DNA from: Eledone cirrhosa
Taxonomy: Eukaryota
Reading direction: 5' to 3'
Length of the DNA: 64,000 nucleotides
Assembly (NCBI GenBank): GCA_964016885.1
Contig: OZ024745.1
Span: 98,208,001-98,272,000, forward strand
The translations under genes were made by a program, and so were the position numbers. Within the stretch, counting starts at the first letter, position 1; each line of letters starts with the position of its first letter. The notes below the pieces were generated by a model. It was not told the origin of the DNA. It did no database searches and saw nothing but the letters and a program-made list of their open reading frames with translations. Positions 1 to 14,685 of this stretch are shown in pieces.

Positions 1-207
1 GCACGAACACATTACACACTTACGTGGCGGCAGGTTGCTAAATCCCATCCATATACTCCTCATAATAGAGTATGTAACCTATGCCTTGCCGAATCCCACT
101 CTATTATATTTGCTAAATGCCCTCTACTAAACAGAAAGTCAGAAATATTTTCCTCTTGCCCCCACCGAATATTAAGCTCTTTCTTCTACTTTAAACCTAT
201 TAGCTAG
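1..207 (+). CDS. C-terminal end of the GIY-YIG endonuclease of Naiad-type PLE A (ORF begins upstream of the window)
   Basis: Frame 1 from base 1 reads ARTHYTLTWRQVAKSHPYTPHNRVCNLCLAESHSIIFAKCPLLNRKSEIFSSCPHRILSSFFYFKPIS*. The W..Y..CxLC..E..LNxxSE..SxCxH pattern matches the C-terminus of PLE B (3403-3630). Not in the ORF track. Confidence 0.85.
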   Translation, partial: ARTHYTLTWRQVAKSHPYTPHNRVCNLCLAESHSIIFAKCPLLNRKSEIFSSCPHRILSSFFYFKPIS

Positions 208-2243
208 CACTTCCTTAATTCTCCAGTTGGGCTATCTTGTGTAACTGTCTCTTATTGTGTGTAACTGTCTCCTATTGTTTGTCTTCTATGTATATGAGTC
301 AGTGAGTGTATACGTATGCCTGCGGGAGAATATTGATCTGGATATTGCGGTGTACAGGTGAGTGGGTGTGTATGTTAATAAGCACCCCTGTTTGGCACAG
401 CGGATGTAACCCATCCACGTTCGCCTACCCACCATTGGTGCATTGGTGGGTCTATCCCGACGTGTATCTTGCGGATCTGTACCTCTGTATGCGCATGAGT
501 TATGATGTAATGTATCTATGTAGAGCGTGTACTGTGATATAGGCCGCACAAATAGAAATTTAGCCTGTAACTGTGGGCGGACCTGTGCCATCTCGCCGTA
601 AGCAGTAGATACGTGGCACATGTACGTGTTGCCCTCCTATTCTGTGGTTTAAGATCTACAGGCTGACTTCTGGGAGCTCTTGCCCGGGGTTGTAGTCTTT
701 CTAGCACGATTGGCCTTCCATATATTGACGGTCGTTGTTATTATCCCGAAAGTAACGTTTTGGCCCCGATAGCCCTCCGTAGTTACTAACGGTCTGTGTA
801 CACTTGCATCGGGCAATGGCACGTGCGGACATGATTATCTCCGTAGGATTTCAATTTGATTTATTTTACTGCATCTCATCGTATGTATTTATTTTGAATG
901 TATTATCTGTGGTGGTGGGTCTTGCCTAATGTGGTATTTCTGTGTTTAATATCAGCTTTGACCCGGGTGTCCTACGCTGTGTGTGTGTGCGTGTGTGTCT
1001 GTGTATACATTTATATGTGTATGGGTGTAGGTGGTTGTATATGTCTGTATATAAAAATATATATATATGTATACCGTCTCTGCATATGCATGTGGTGTGT
1101 ATATGTGCATATACGTGCTGAACATATTGGTGTGTATAATCTTGAGATGTCCCAATGCGGTGACTTCATGATATTGGCTCTTGAAGCTATTTTTATATAT
1201 CTTTTATTTTTTATTTTTTATATATCTTTTGTATGCGCTGTTGAGTATGCATATTAACCCGCCTGACCCAACTGTGTCTGCTTGCTTTCGGCTAGCCCGC
1301 CTGCACCTGCTTGCTTTCGGCCCACCTGTCTGCCTCTTGCTGCTGCACGTGAATTCTCCTACCTTCCTTCGATGTACCTCTGTTGACCATTGGACTCCTG
1401 CCCGGGTGTGAACCGGTTTGTGATTACCCCACCGCTCAACTGTGTGAATGCACACCCGTGACTTTCGAGTGAACTTTTGAGACTGCCCAACCTGGGACGT
1501 CTCCATTGCATTGCAATGGTCAAGTGATACTGATAACTGTGACACTTAGTGCCTTCGTGGGCCCCTGATATATTCAAGAAATATATTCTAAAAAAATATA
1601 TATCTTATCTCAATTTACTTTATTTTATTTTATTTTATTTTATTTCATTTCATTTTATTTAATTTTATTTATTTAATTTTATTTATTTAATTATATCTTA
1701 TATTATATTATTTCATTTTAGTTTATTTTATGTTATTTTAGTTATTTTATTTTATTTTATTTTATCTTATTTTATTATTATATTATATTATATTCTATTT
1801 TATATAATTTTAATTTTAATTTTATATTATTTTATTCTATTTTATTTCATTCCTTACCCTGTATCACTATTATCTGTATATTTTATATTTTATATGTATG
1901 TTTTTTTTTTATATTTTCTTATATATATTATAAGTCTATTTTTTACCTATTTTTCACCTATTTCTTATCTACTCTTACCTAATCCTATCTATCTTATCTA
2001 TTCTTGTCTGTTCTCTTATCCATGTGTATGCTTGTATGTAACTATATGTTGACAGCACCCCGCCCAACTGTGACTGATAGCACCCCTTATTTTTCAATTA
2101 TTTTTCATTGTTTATTTTTCAATGTTTATTTTTATTTTTATTTTTATTTTTACTTCCTCAATATCTTTTATCTTTTATTATTTTTCATTCTTTATTTCTT
2201 CAATGTCTTGGATTTGTTATTGCTTGTGTGGTATGTAACTAAC

Positions 2244-2301
2244 CTTTATGCTCTGATGAGTCCCACTTATAGTGCGGATGAAACAATGTTAGCAAGTAAA
2301 G
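2244..2301 (+). ncRNA. Type I hammerhead ribozyme, canonical core
   Basis: Stem I ctttatgct/agca..taaag; core CTGATGA; stem II gtcc-cac/gtg-c-ggat; GAAAC-aat-GTT cleavage triplet. Confidence 0.75.
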
Positions 2302-2334
2302 ATATGCATATGCTATGGGCGTTCTTTGTTATTG

Positions 2335-2393
<59 letters not shown>

Positions 2394-2406
2394 TTATTAA
2401 AATAAC

Positions 2407-2478
2407 AGATTAAAGTTTAAGCAAAGAATCGCTGCTTTCACCCTTAACGGGATCTTCTGAAACTAACAAAGTCAATCT
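2407..2478 (-). ncRNA. Variant-core type I hammerhead fold of PLE B; further copies at ~5519-5589 (+), ~22276-22348 (-) and ~35315-35384 (+)
   Basis: Stem I gattga..agttt/aaact-ttaatc; core CAGAAGA (U4 to A); stem II ccc/ggg closed by T.T; GAAA; stem III gcag/ttgc; CTT triplet. Confidence 0.65.
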
Positions 2479-2542
2479 GTAAACGCAGAAGTGGATATTT
2501 CAAAAAACGTTGCAACCTTAGGAAGACAGGAAGACGATACTT

Positions 2543-2827
2543 TGGTTCGTGGAAACGTTCGCTGGCAAAGAACGGGAAAAAAACGAATATAATACGTCAT
2601 TAATAGGAGCGGTGAAAAACAATTACGCGCAAAGACAGAACCACGTTTATGGTATAAAAGAGGTGGTAGACTAATGTTCTCTTAGGTGGTTCATAGAGAC
2701 GTTCTCTGGCAATGAACGAAAAAAACGAAGATAATACGTCATATGTGAAGCGTGGAGAACAATAGCACGCAAAGACAAAACCACGTAAATGGTATAGCAG
2801 AAGTCGTAGACTAAAATTCTAACTAGG
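2543..2827. repeat. Two diverged ~143-bp tandem copies in the 3' UTR of PLE B
   Basis: ggttc..acgttc.ctggcaa.gaacg..ataatacgtcat..cgcaaagaca.aaccacgt..atggtata..gtagactaa occurs twice. Confidence 0.8.
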
Positions 2828-3402
2828 AGACCGAATGAATCTCCGCTTCAGAGTTAAGAACAAAGTAAATAAATACAATACAGAAGTAATAGAAATAAAT
2901 AAATACATACACGCAAACAAATACGTACATACACAAGCATACGCAAAACACTTACCATAGGTATACAAAACCGCGCACATATAAATATGTGAGTGTGTGT
3001 ATGCGTGTATACAAATAAATAAATAATTATATAAACGTATATAAATAAATAAATACGTATATAACAAGCGCACACACATACCTACATGTAAATACACGAA
3101 TGTTCGGAGACGTAAGTCAACCAAAACATAAAGTACACATATACACACACCCTACATACGTACGAACCTGCATACTCGCACAGACCCAAAACTCCCGAAT
3201 ACACATAGCCAAACCATATGTACCAGAATATATAAAATTATACGCCATAACATAAACAATCAAATATACGTACGAGAAGGTATGCGTACCTTCACAAAGC
3301 ATACATGTAATATATACTTACCTATGCAAATAAGTAATGGTATAAACAAAACATATACTTAGCTCCCACATCAAGACGTAAAATATCCACGTATAGATCG
3401 TA

Positions 3403-5486
3403 CTATCCGTTAGGGTATAACGTGGGGCTGTAATACAGGAAAGTGTTGTGCAATTTATGTTTACAAGCCGAAATTGCCTCAGATTTTTTGTTTAAGATGT
3501 GATCTGTGGCGTAGAGTATTTCCAGGGCCTCAGCGGCGCAGAGGTCACATGGTCTTTTATTTCCGTTATACGATCTAGCCCTAGCTAGGATCTCCCAGTG
3601 TAACTTATATTGGGTGTGGTTGTCTTTTAAACCCAGATATAAGCTGAAAGTGACGTCATATTCCTTCTTAGAGGGTAACGAAAAGAATGGGTATGCATGT
3701 AAAGACGCTGCTTGAATCTATTGGCGGTTAACCCTATGTAGGCCCTACGGGACGTGGGTGTTACAACCTTACATTTGTAGACAATGTTACTATAGAGGCA
3801 TTTCCCGGATAGGGGGCAATCAACCCGATTCCTACAATTACAGTTAGTACTAACTACAGGGTTGCACGTGTTCCTACGGCTAGGTAGTTTAGCTAAATTT
3901 GAAGCTATGATGTTATGTGCGAGGTTAGGAGTCGTAGAGTAAGAAATTTTAATAGTACTTCTATTAAAAATGTTACTATGTTTATGTGTAGGAGGAAAAT
4001 GCTTCGTAATAAGGGAAAGAAAGATCTTAGCTAATGGTGTGGCCACCTCCATATTATATGGTGGGTTATACCAACAAATGCGACGGGATCTATTTCTTCT
4101 AGGTCTATTTTCGTACTCTGTATATGCTACCTTATCGACAAATCCACTTCGAGCAAGAGCTTCATTGTAATAAGTGGAATGGTCGTTGAAAATACGCTCG
4201 TTAGTGGAAAGACGGGAAAGCCTCAACGAAACGTTTCTTACCAGGTTCTTGGTTATGCTGGCAGGATGGTTGGAATGCTTACTTATGTAATTAAGCGTAT
4301 CATTCGGCTTTCTATACGGGTAATACAACCCATTCAATAAATTGAGGGTAACGTCGAGGTAATTAACGACCGAGAGATTGGCTTCAACCTGTATAGAAAG
4401 GTTGAAGCCTTTAAAGAAGGCTGTGAGTTCTTTTCTGAACCTGTCGCAAGCACGAGGTCCGCACTTAGTCATGGTCAAAAGACCATCGTCACGGTACAAA
4501 CCACCGCCCGCGTTGGGGAATTCATCCTTGATAGAGAAAAGAAGGAAAAGGCCGATAAGATCAGTAACCTCCGCAGAATCACTGGCGCCCATACTCACGT
4601 CGAATGGGGTACTATTGGATTTTTTAATCCAAATAGAGTCGTCGAAATTAATCACCGACTTTCGGGCATTGAGGATGACATCAACTTCGAAATCCTTAAC
4701 CACTGTGAGTGTTTTAGCGAAATTGATAGCTCTAAGGAGAAGTGGTAAAGTGATGGAGGAGTAGTAATTGTTGATGTCGAATTGGATAAAACGGCAATGT
4801 TCCTTGTTACATATGCTGTTGAACCAATCAATCACCGCGAAAGAATTGTTCCACAGTGCAAGAGGGGCCAAACTTCTAATTTCAGGTATAATTCTATCAA
4901 GAATCGTTTTACTAAGTCTACCTAAATCGGACTTCGTAGGGTTAATAAGCCGAATAGAGGGGTTGTTCGGAAAATTGGATTTGTGATCCTTCAGGGTAAA
5001 GTGGGGAGAAATAGGGTCCAGAGGTTCGGTCCGGTCTAGGATGTTGAGATCAGATGTGATTTTAAACCCAGCATCGTTGATTTCATTGATGACGCACCGA
5101 TTAGTTTTACGGTAATCCTTAGTTACAGCATTATGTAGTAGTTGATGGTAAGTACTGCGCTCCACTTGATATAGGTTGCCAGTTTTGTCGGAATGGACGT
5201 GCACGGCATTATAATCCTTAATAGAACGAATTCTATTATTCAGGTCTTGCTGGCAGGAATTGCTCCTATTCCAAAATTTGATACTCCGAATGAGTTCCAA
5301 GACATCATTTTCGAAGGGTAGCAATGCTGGGTTACACGGGGGGTTATTATAGGTTTTAAATCCAAATTTATTCTGTTTGTTGTCTGCTTTTCGCGGATTA
5401 TCGAAATAAAAGGCACGCCAACGCAACCTTTTAATGAACGCGTCTGTTTTCTGTATCAGGAGTTTTAGGTATGTTTTCGGTTGCAA
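3403..5486 (-). pseudogene. PLE reverse transcriptase plus GIY-YIG endonuclease, with a 1-nt frameshift near 3630 and a slight N-terminal truncation
   Basis: RT motifs QFDINNYYSSI, FDVSMGASDSAE, GLYRDDGL; linker CNCRNRVDCPLSGKC (CxCx5C, described for Naiad); IVY..YIG. After the TAA at 3627 the shifted frame continues LKDNHTQYKLHWEILARARSYNGNKRPCDLCAAE..LNKKSEAISACKH to a TAG at 3403. Confidence 0.92.
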
Positions 5487-5689
5487 CGTTTTTTGAAATA
5501 TCCACTTCTGCGTTTACAGATTGACTTTGTTAGTTTCAGAAGATCCCGTTAAGGATGAAAGCAGCGATTCTTCGCTTAAACTTTAATCTGTTATTTTAAT
5601 AAATATTTGCTCTACGGTTCTTATATATTTGATATATATTTATCCTTATCGAGCCCTCTTTGGATTTTAGTCTTCAAATTTATTATTAT

Positions 5690-6607
<918 letters not shown>

Positions 6608-7312
6608 CTGGTTATCTACGCACGTGGCTGACACATTTCAGCTCGCTACTATATTGTTATATAATGGATGATCGCATTTAAAGTCCATTAAAGGTTCTTG
6701 GCACTACCATTGTTACCATCGCTTTTCTCTAGCCATGGGGCTTGGAGACATGAACCGAATACTACCATTCTATTTTATATCAATGTGAACTGCTATTTCT
6801 AATAGCCATCTTTTCACCCCTTGATAATTTGTGTGTGAGACACGTTGGCTGGGTGCTTCTGACAGGAACTAAAAGATTGATCTTTTTTAGCTTCCCGTCC
6901 CCAAGTAAAATTTGTAAATCAGTGGATAGTTGAGAGATAGAGTCCTATCGGTTGCCAGTTGCTAATAGCTTTACCATGTCAGTCGTCACAAACAGTCATG
7001 GCCGGCATGGGCTGGTGTTTGGATTCTGTCGATCGATTGGTTATTGATTAGGCGATACCAGCTGATGAAGCCGCATAAGCCGATTGTGCATTGTTGCATA
7101 ATATATGCAGACAGATGGTGCAGTGCACCTTACTGCTGCATTAGTGCGGCAGAAACTCGAGTCCGGGAACCTTATAGGCACCCGTTTTACGTGTGTTGTG
7201 TTGAGGCAAATAACTATGTGTATACTCTGGTAATGTATCTTACATTGCCCATTGAGTGCGCTGAGATACAACCGGTACTGGCATTGTTAAATATGCTGGG
7301 TCCGTCAACCCT

Positions 7313-7380
<68 letters not shown>

Positions 7381-7382
<2 letters not shown>

Positions 7383-7598
7383 ATGTATAATAAACAATAC
7401 AATATAATTACCTCATTTAAATTGCCTTGTCCGATGAACGAATGAGGACGTTTTTTGTATTCGTCTTATTCGAGAAACCTCTGGTAATGAGGTAATTATA
7501 TTGTATTGTTTATTATACATTAAATTTAGCTCTGGTACTTTATAGAGCACTCTTCACTTCTATGACTTTTTCAATTTTCAACGGAAACTTCAATACTT
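7381..7598 (+). mobile_element. Fold-back PLE-type mini-element with a hammerhead (7421-7496), inserted in (TA)n
   Basis: Inverted repeat 7381-7417/7486-7522. Hammerhead: stem I attgccttgt/atgaggtaat, core CCGATGA, stem II cgaatgaggacg/cgtcttattcg, GAAACC-tct-GGTA. Confidence 0.7.
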
Positions 7599-7667
7599 AT
7601 ATATATATATATATATTCCAACTCGTGTGGTCCTTCTCCACATTTTATAATTATATATATATATATA

Positions 7668-7987
<320 letters not shown>

Positions 7988-7989
7988 TT

Positions 7990-8432
<443 letters not shown>

Positions 8433-8904
8433 TAGGGAGAAAAAGACGATTATTAGGAAGAACAAATTTTTTTTTCATTTTATTTTTTTCTCTTTTTTCT
8501 GGGTTAGAAAATGTTTAAAACAAAATATTTTACTTTGTGTGAAGTGTTAAGGTATTAGTTAATTTATTTATTAATTAACAATGGCATTTATTTGTTTATT
8601 TATATATTTAATAATTGTCTATTACCGGTTTCAGAATGTTATGCCTTATCAAAGGGAGGAATTTGTATTGGTGTAAAATGTTGGGCCATCCGCATTTATT
8701 TACTGTAGGGTTCATGGTGAAAGTTGGTTGGATTTTGGCTTGTGTGAGGATGAATTTTTGTGGATTTAGGTTGTATTTTGCTCTTTGTGTAAGGAGAAGC
8801 TCTGTAAAAAATTTCAAAGAAATCGCATGAATGATTTAGAATATATGAGCCCTCATTAAAAATTGTCCACACACATACAGAAAACTTCGTCTTTATATAT
8901 ATAC

Positions 8905-9009
<105 letters not shown>

Positions 9010-9011
9010 TA

Positions 9012-9163
9012 TAGGAAAATAGTCTCGGCAGCTAGATCCAAACTGGATCTGGCTGTCGAAACAGCCGGAGCTCATCCGTCGGGGTCCTGACTCTTTTCCT
9101 ATTACTCACTCTCTACTACCCTAAGTATTGAGTACTTTGGTGCGTTATGGTCCACCTGATATC

Positions 9164-9165
<2 letters not shown>
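9012..9165 (+). mobile_element. (TA)n-inserted mini-element; same family as 10925-11118 and 46203-46260
   Basis: Shared cgaaac.gcc.gagctc.tccgtcggggtc and ctaagtattgagtact.tggtgcgttatggtcca. Confidence 0.7.
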
Positions 9166-9230
<65 letters not shown>

Positions 9231-9237
9231 TGCGTGT

Positions 9238-9275
<38 letters not shown>

Positions 9276-9350
9276 GTGCGTGTGTGTGTGTGCGTGTGCG
9301 TGTGTGTGTGTGCGTGTGTGTGTGTGTATGTGTGTGTGTGTGTGTTTATG

Positions 9351-9453
<103 letters not shown>

Positions 9454-9528
9454 ATGTGTGTGTGTGTGTGTATGTGTGTGTGTGTGTGTGTATATTTTAA
9501 AAAATAGAGATGTGACACGCGAGTTGTG

Positions 9529-9760
9529 ATATATTAGTAAATAGGAAAAGAAAATGCTGGCAAATTTTTCCCAGTGAAAAATACTTTAATTAGGAATAAG
9601 TATAAATTAGTAATAAGTATTAGTTAGTTTTCAGTTTTAGTTTTAAAACTAAATCTGAAAACTAACTAATACTTATTACTAATTTATATTTATTCCTAAT
9701 TTAAGTATTTTTCACTGGGAAAAATTTGCCAGCATTTTCTTTTCCTATTTACTAATATAT
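9529..9760. repeat. Near-perfect spacerless palindrome with ~115-bp arms
   Basis: atattagtaaataggaaaagaaaatgctggcaaattttt...agtttt|aaaact...aaaaatttgccagcattttcttttcctatttactaatat; centre at 9644/9645. Confidence 0.9.
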
Positions 9761-10309
9761 GTCTCTTTCTCTCTCTCTCTCCCTCGCCCTCTCTCATTCT
9801 ACACACACATATACACACTTCCATCCATCCATACATGCATACATACATACTGACATACATACATACATATATACATACATAGATACATACATGCATACAT
9901 ACATAAAAGCATGCATACATACATACATACATACATACATGCATACATACATAAATACATGCATGCATACATACATAGATACATACATATATACATACAT
10001 AAGAACGTACGTACGTACATGTTTATAACATCCCACCCACATATATATATGCATGTATATCTGTATGCTTCTACGCGTGTGTGTGTGTAATTGGGTAGTT
10101 TTTTTCCCTTAAACCTTATTATATTCGTTATCTCTTCCAGAAACGAAAATATCTACCAAATATATATTACAACGTTACTCGCTCATTAATATTCTTAGTT
10201 GAGAGGAGTGCGAACAAGAACAAGAATTCAGTGAGTGATACAGCATATAAATATATGTAAATATACATATATACACACATATATGTATATATATATATAC
10301 GTATGTATG

Positions 10310-10360
<51 letters not shown>

Positions 10361-10641
10361 TTACTTATATATAAAAAATATACTGCATTCGTGTAAATTG
10401 CATAAGTGTCTGACGCCGGTATAATTTGTGAAAGAATATGAAAAAAAACTTTTAAATTTGCTATAGGAATGTGTGTGGACGTAAAAGTGAAGCAGCCATT
10501 AGAGAAGTATATATATACCTATATGCATATATACATACATACATGCATACATACATACATACATACATACATACATACATACATACATACATACATACAT
10601 ACATACATACATCATTTGTTCATGCTTGCATGTTTGTGCAC

Positions 10642-10709
<68 letters not shown>

Positions 10710-10848
10710 ATGTGTATGCATGTATATATATATATATACATATATAGAAATATATATATATATATATATATACACATGCACACACCCACCCACCCGCCCA
10801 AGCATATATATATATATATTATACATATATATATATATTATGTGTATA

Positions 10849-10924
<76 letters not shown>

Positions 10925-10925
<1 letters not shown>

Positions 10926-11118
10926 CGAAGGAATTGTGGTAAAGAACCAGATGGACCATAACGCACCAGAGTACTCAATACTTAGTGTAGTAGAGTGGGA
11001 AATAGAAAAAAGTATGACCCCGATGGCAGAGCTCAAGCCGTTTCGACGGGTATTTCTGAGTCCAGAAATAGCCGTCGAAACGGCTTGAGCTCTTCCGTCG
11101 GGGTCATACTTTTTCCTA
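10925..11118 (-). mobile_element. Fold-back mini-element (hairpin 11002-11118) with a one-sided tail, in (TA)n
   Basis: Arms of ~55 bp around the loop agtc; the tail 10925-11001 is homologous to 9100-9160. Confidence 0.75.
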
Positions 11119-11732
11119 TATATATATATTATATATATATATATATGTATATATATATACATATATACAGATATATATATAACTGTGTTTGTGTATACAG
11201 ATATATATACAAGCACACGTACCAAGCACACAGTTATGAGTGTGTGTTTGCACGTGGTTAGTTGAAATAATCCAATGCTCTCCGCATGACAATGAAATTG
11301 ATGAATTTGTAACGAATTTCGGCAAAACCAAACAATAGTGTATACCGTTGGCTAATCATATATCGATCTGCTATCGAATATGTTTATATATATATATATT
11401 ATATATTGTGATACAGCTTACTAGTATCGAGAAAAGTTATGAATCATGAAACTTCAGCTTCTTATCCACTATGGACACTTTACCTTATATATTGAGTGCT
11501 CATTCTTCGTAAACATAAATATTTACCTGTACATTCATTCACATACCCACGCGTGCATGCAGATGTATTTATGTATGTGTGTATGTATGTATGTATGTAT
11601 GTATTATGTATGTATATATGTATTATGTATGTGTGTAGGTATGTATGTGTGTGCATGTATGTATATATGAATGTGTGTATGTATGTACGTATGAATGAAT
11701 GTATGTTTGAGTGAATGTATATATATGTATAT

Positions 11733-13575
11733 TAGAGTGTGCCATAAAATCAAACATCACAATACTAACGCACCCTGTGTAGTTTCGCCTTATAAATGCC
11801 CCAATTGGTAAAATAAAACATATTTTGTATAAAATAAATTATTTTGAGTCTTGCCTATATCATGGTGATTATAGTGGAAAGTGTGATTATGTTGCATGAA
11901 ATCATGAAAATGTGAAACCAAATATGACCATACAATAATTGTTTATTTTATTAATCCATTATATTTAGTAAACCAGCTTTGAATATAAAGGCGTACAAAG
12001 AAGAAACAAGTTCAGTTAAGTTAACTCCAGTCATATTTTTTTCAGAGTTTCTTTATGGAAATCCGGGACCTTACGACGATGAGCTTCGACTACTTGAAGA
12101 ATACACTGCTTCCCCTCCTCATTCTTGCTGATGGCAACAAAATCAGTTATCAACTTGACTGCTCTCTCCGCCAGATCGTTGACTACCTTGATATTGTGAA
12201 CAACAGCACGGGCATTTTGATATGACGCTTGTGATGACCAAGTTGCAGGTGACTGCTCAAGCCAAGTATCGTCGAGACCAAGGAGATCGAACAGAAGCCT
12301 TGATTTCTTCCCAACTAGATGAGACAGCTTCGTGGACGACTTCAACTCGAGAAATACTGGAGCACCACGGTCGAGAGGCCCAGACGTTTTCGTTTTGACA
12401 AGACGTAGGGCTATTTGTTTCTTCTCGGACAGTTGGACCCGACTTGAAAACAGCGCTAGCAGGCATCTTTGGTACCTGGCTTCCTCCACCAGGTACCAAA
12501 GATGCCTGCTGAGAGCAGTAGTGACTGCCTGCGAGAGATCTCTGTCAACCTTACTATACTGTGTCAACTCCTCGTAGAATTGAAGGTCATTGGATCATGC
12601 ATCAGCACACTTGACTGCTGTCAGCCAGTATCGCACGTAGAACAGAGCACTGAACATACAGATCCGGCGCAACTTTTCCATTTTAGCTTGATCGTAATTG
12701 AGTCACTCACCAAATGCATACATCTTTGAACTATAGATGATTGTGGACATCCACCGAGCGTTATGATGTGCACCAGGCAGCATCCAATGAATTCCACGAG
12801 GAGGGGTGACACCAAGCAAGATCAACATCAACTCGGCACATTCTCGATAGTCGTCCCGTGGAAGAGAACTCATTTTCCCATCGTTGGATGTCAACAAATC
12901 TTGGAGGAACTTGATGTTCTCAGAACACAGACGCTTGAGTCTCCGGTCGACAAGCTTCAATGTTTTAAAGTTGGTCTTGTCTGTGAGTGACACCAAATCA
13001 TTTTTGAACTCCTTGAACTCTGGGGTGTCTGGACTGGACATTGCTCCGAATAGTTGTTGCCACACTGCACACAAGATACGCTCTATGACATGGTGCCGAC
13101 AAGCAAAATAAAACACCTTTTTGTTGAGCATCTCTTCTAGTTTCACGCAGGCACCATTTTTCCATCCAGAATTCGAAGCAGTTGTGTCGAAGACCAAGCC
13201 CACCACAGACCCATCAACATTCCAATCTTTAACAAGATCAAATGATGCTTTGGCTTGAGTGGTTCCAGTGCCATCAGGAATTATGGGAACACCGAGGAGT
13301 TTACCTTCTTTGAAGTCCAGAGTTTCAGCAACTAGCACACCTAGCCTCTCGTAGTCACCAGGAATTATTTTGCCCTCCAAATGCAAGGTAACAAAGTCTG
13401 GCACAGCAAATTGTTCCTTTATGTGTTCAGCCCCCACAGTTCTGATCTTCTTAGCTGCACGTCTGCTACTATTCTTGGAGATAGTTGTGGCGTCTATGTC
13501 AGTCCCACCCTCAGAAATAATCGATGCCATGAATGCTGTTCTCTGGCCCAGTGTCAGGATTAAACGATCAGCCAA
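11733..13575 (-). mobile_element. 5'-truncated hAT-superfamily (hATm-like) DNA transposon
   Basis: Transposase remnant plus a candidate terminus TAGAGTGTGCC at 11733. Confidence 0.7.
12031..13575 (-). pseudogene. hATm-like DDE transposase, one reading frame with two in-frame TGA stops
   Basis: Motifs KLLGVP, VFDTTASNSG..GAC..LE, ACRHH, PGAHHNARWM, RHLWYL, VVNDLAERAVKL. ORFs 12703-13575 and 12031-12567 share a frame; the gap reads *LNYDQAKMEKLRRICMFSALFYVRYWLTAVKCADA*SNDLQFY. Confidence 0.85.
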
Positions 13576-14290
13576 CTTTGTTGGTCAAAATTGAGAGTTT
13601 AGAGGAAATCTCTTTGAGTTCATTTAAGATGTCCTGGTTCAGTGAGTTGTTGTTTTGTTGAGACTTTGGTGGCATTTTCGGTCTTCGTGTGGTGGGTATA
13701 TATTAGAAAGTGAGGTTTTTTTTACAAAATGAAAAATAACCGAGGTGTCCTACACGAGTGAAAGTATAAAGAAAAAAAGATGAAATCGAAAATGCAACTG
13801 GAGTCTTATTTTTTTTAAAATATATATATTTCTTTAGAGTCCACACGAAGACCGAAAATGCTACCAAAGTCTCAACAAAACAACAACTCACTGAACCAGG
13901 ACATCTTAAATGAACTCAAAGAGATTTCCTCTAAACTCTCAATTTTGACCAACAAAGTGGACCAAATACACATCTATAAAAAAGGACCCCACGAAGAAAC
14001 AGAAAATACCCAAGAGACGAATATTACTCCAGCATTAACTAAGCTAATCGAAACCATCGAAACAGTAATGCTCCAAAAGCTGGAACAACCGTTAGAACCC
14101 AATCTACGAGATGTCCACTCAGTGAAAAACACCCTAATCAACATATGGACTCAAAAGAAATATATATATATTTTTTAAAATAAGACCCCAGTTGCATTTT
14201 CGATTTCATCTTTTTTTCATTATACTTTCACTCGTGTAGGACACCGGTTATTTTTCATTTTGTAAAAAGAGCCTCACTTTCTAATATATA
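13574..14290. repeat. Rearranged element with two inverted duplications and a truncated ORF (13858-14160) of unknown family
   Basis: 13574-13694 is the reverse complement of ~13841-13957; 13700-13830 is the reverse complement of ~14160-14290. Confidence 0.7.
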
Positions 14291-14304
14291 TATATATATA
14301 TATT

Positions 14305-14462
14305 AGGATTGGTATATAAAACACCTGAAGCTAATATCCGTAGTGCTAGAGCACTCAGCCGATGGGACGAATTTGGTAGAAGTAGTAACACAACAGTTAG
14401 TTCACCATGAATTGTTCAATTGTTCTCGGTATGGTGAACTAACTGTTGTGTTACAGCTTCTA
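14305..14462 (-). mobile_element. Fold-back mini-element with a one-sided tail
   Basis: Inverted repeat tagaagtagtaacacaacagttagttcaccat (14377-14408) / 14431-14462; TA-rich flanks. Confidence 0.6.
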
Positions 14463-14475
14463 TAGATATATAGAT

Positions 14476-14671
14476 ATTTAATATAGAAATGGCTTCTACC
14501 GGACTAGAATTGTTTCATTCGGGTGAAATCATCAGGAAGCCGCTGATAATTTCACCCGAATGAAATAGTTCTAGTCCTGTAGAAGCTATTTCTATATTAA
14601 ATATTTATACTCTGCTATGTATTGAGTACCTTACTTACTGTGGTTACCCCCGATTGAACCCGGATAAACTT
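14476..14671 (+). mobile_element. Fold-back mini-element with a hammerhead core in its arms plus a tail; related tail at 18780-18850 (-)
   Basis: Arms 14476-14535/14543-14603. The minus arm reads CTGATGA-t-ttc-accc-gaa-t-GAAAC-aattcta-GTC. Confidence 0.75.
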
Positions 14672-14685
14672 ATATATATATATAC

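Larger units (their letters stand above)
1..2337 (+). mobile_element. 3' part of Naiad-type PLE A: endonuclease end, ~2.1 kb 3' UTR, hammerhead, ending in (TA)n
   Basis: ORF end at 207, hammerhead at 2244-2301, then the (TA)n tract from ~2337. Continuity of the UTR is inferred. Confidence 0.65.

Noticed and set aside
3403-5486. Selenocysteine recoding, reported for some Naiads
   Set aside because: No in-frame TGA; the break at 3627 is a TAA caused by a 1-nt frameshift; no convincing SECIS seen by eye.
7058-7095. CTGATGA in the unassigned island 6603-7316, whose right end matches 46937-46970 in reverse
   Set aside because: No GAAA or stem III follows; the island is probably a repeat but I cannot classify it.
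12594-12705. Two in-frame TGA codons in the transposase as possible readthrough
   Set aside because: The element is truncated and degenerate; ordinary nonsense mutations suffice.
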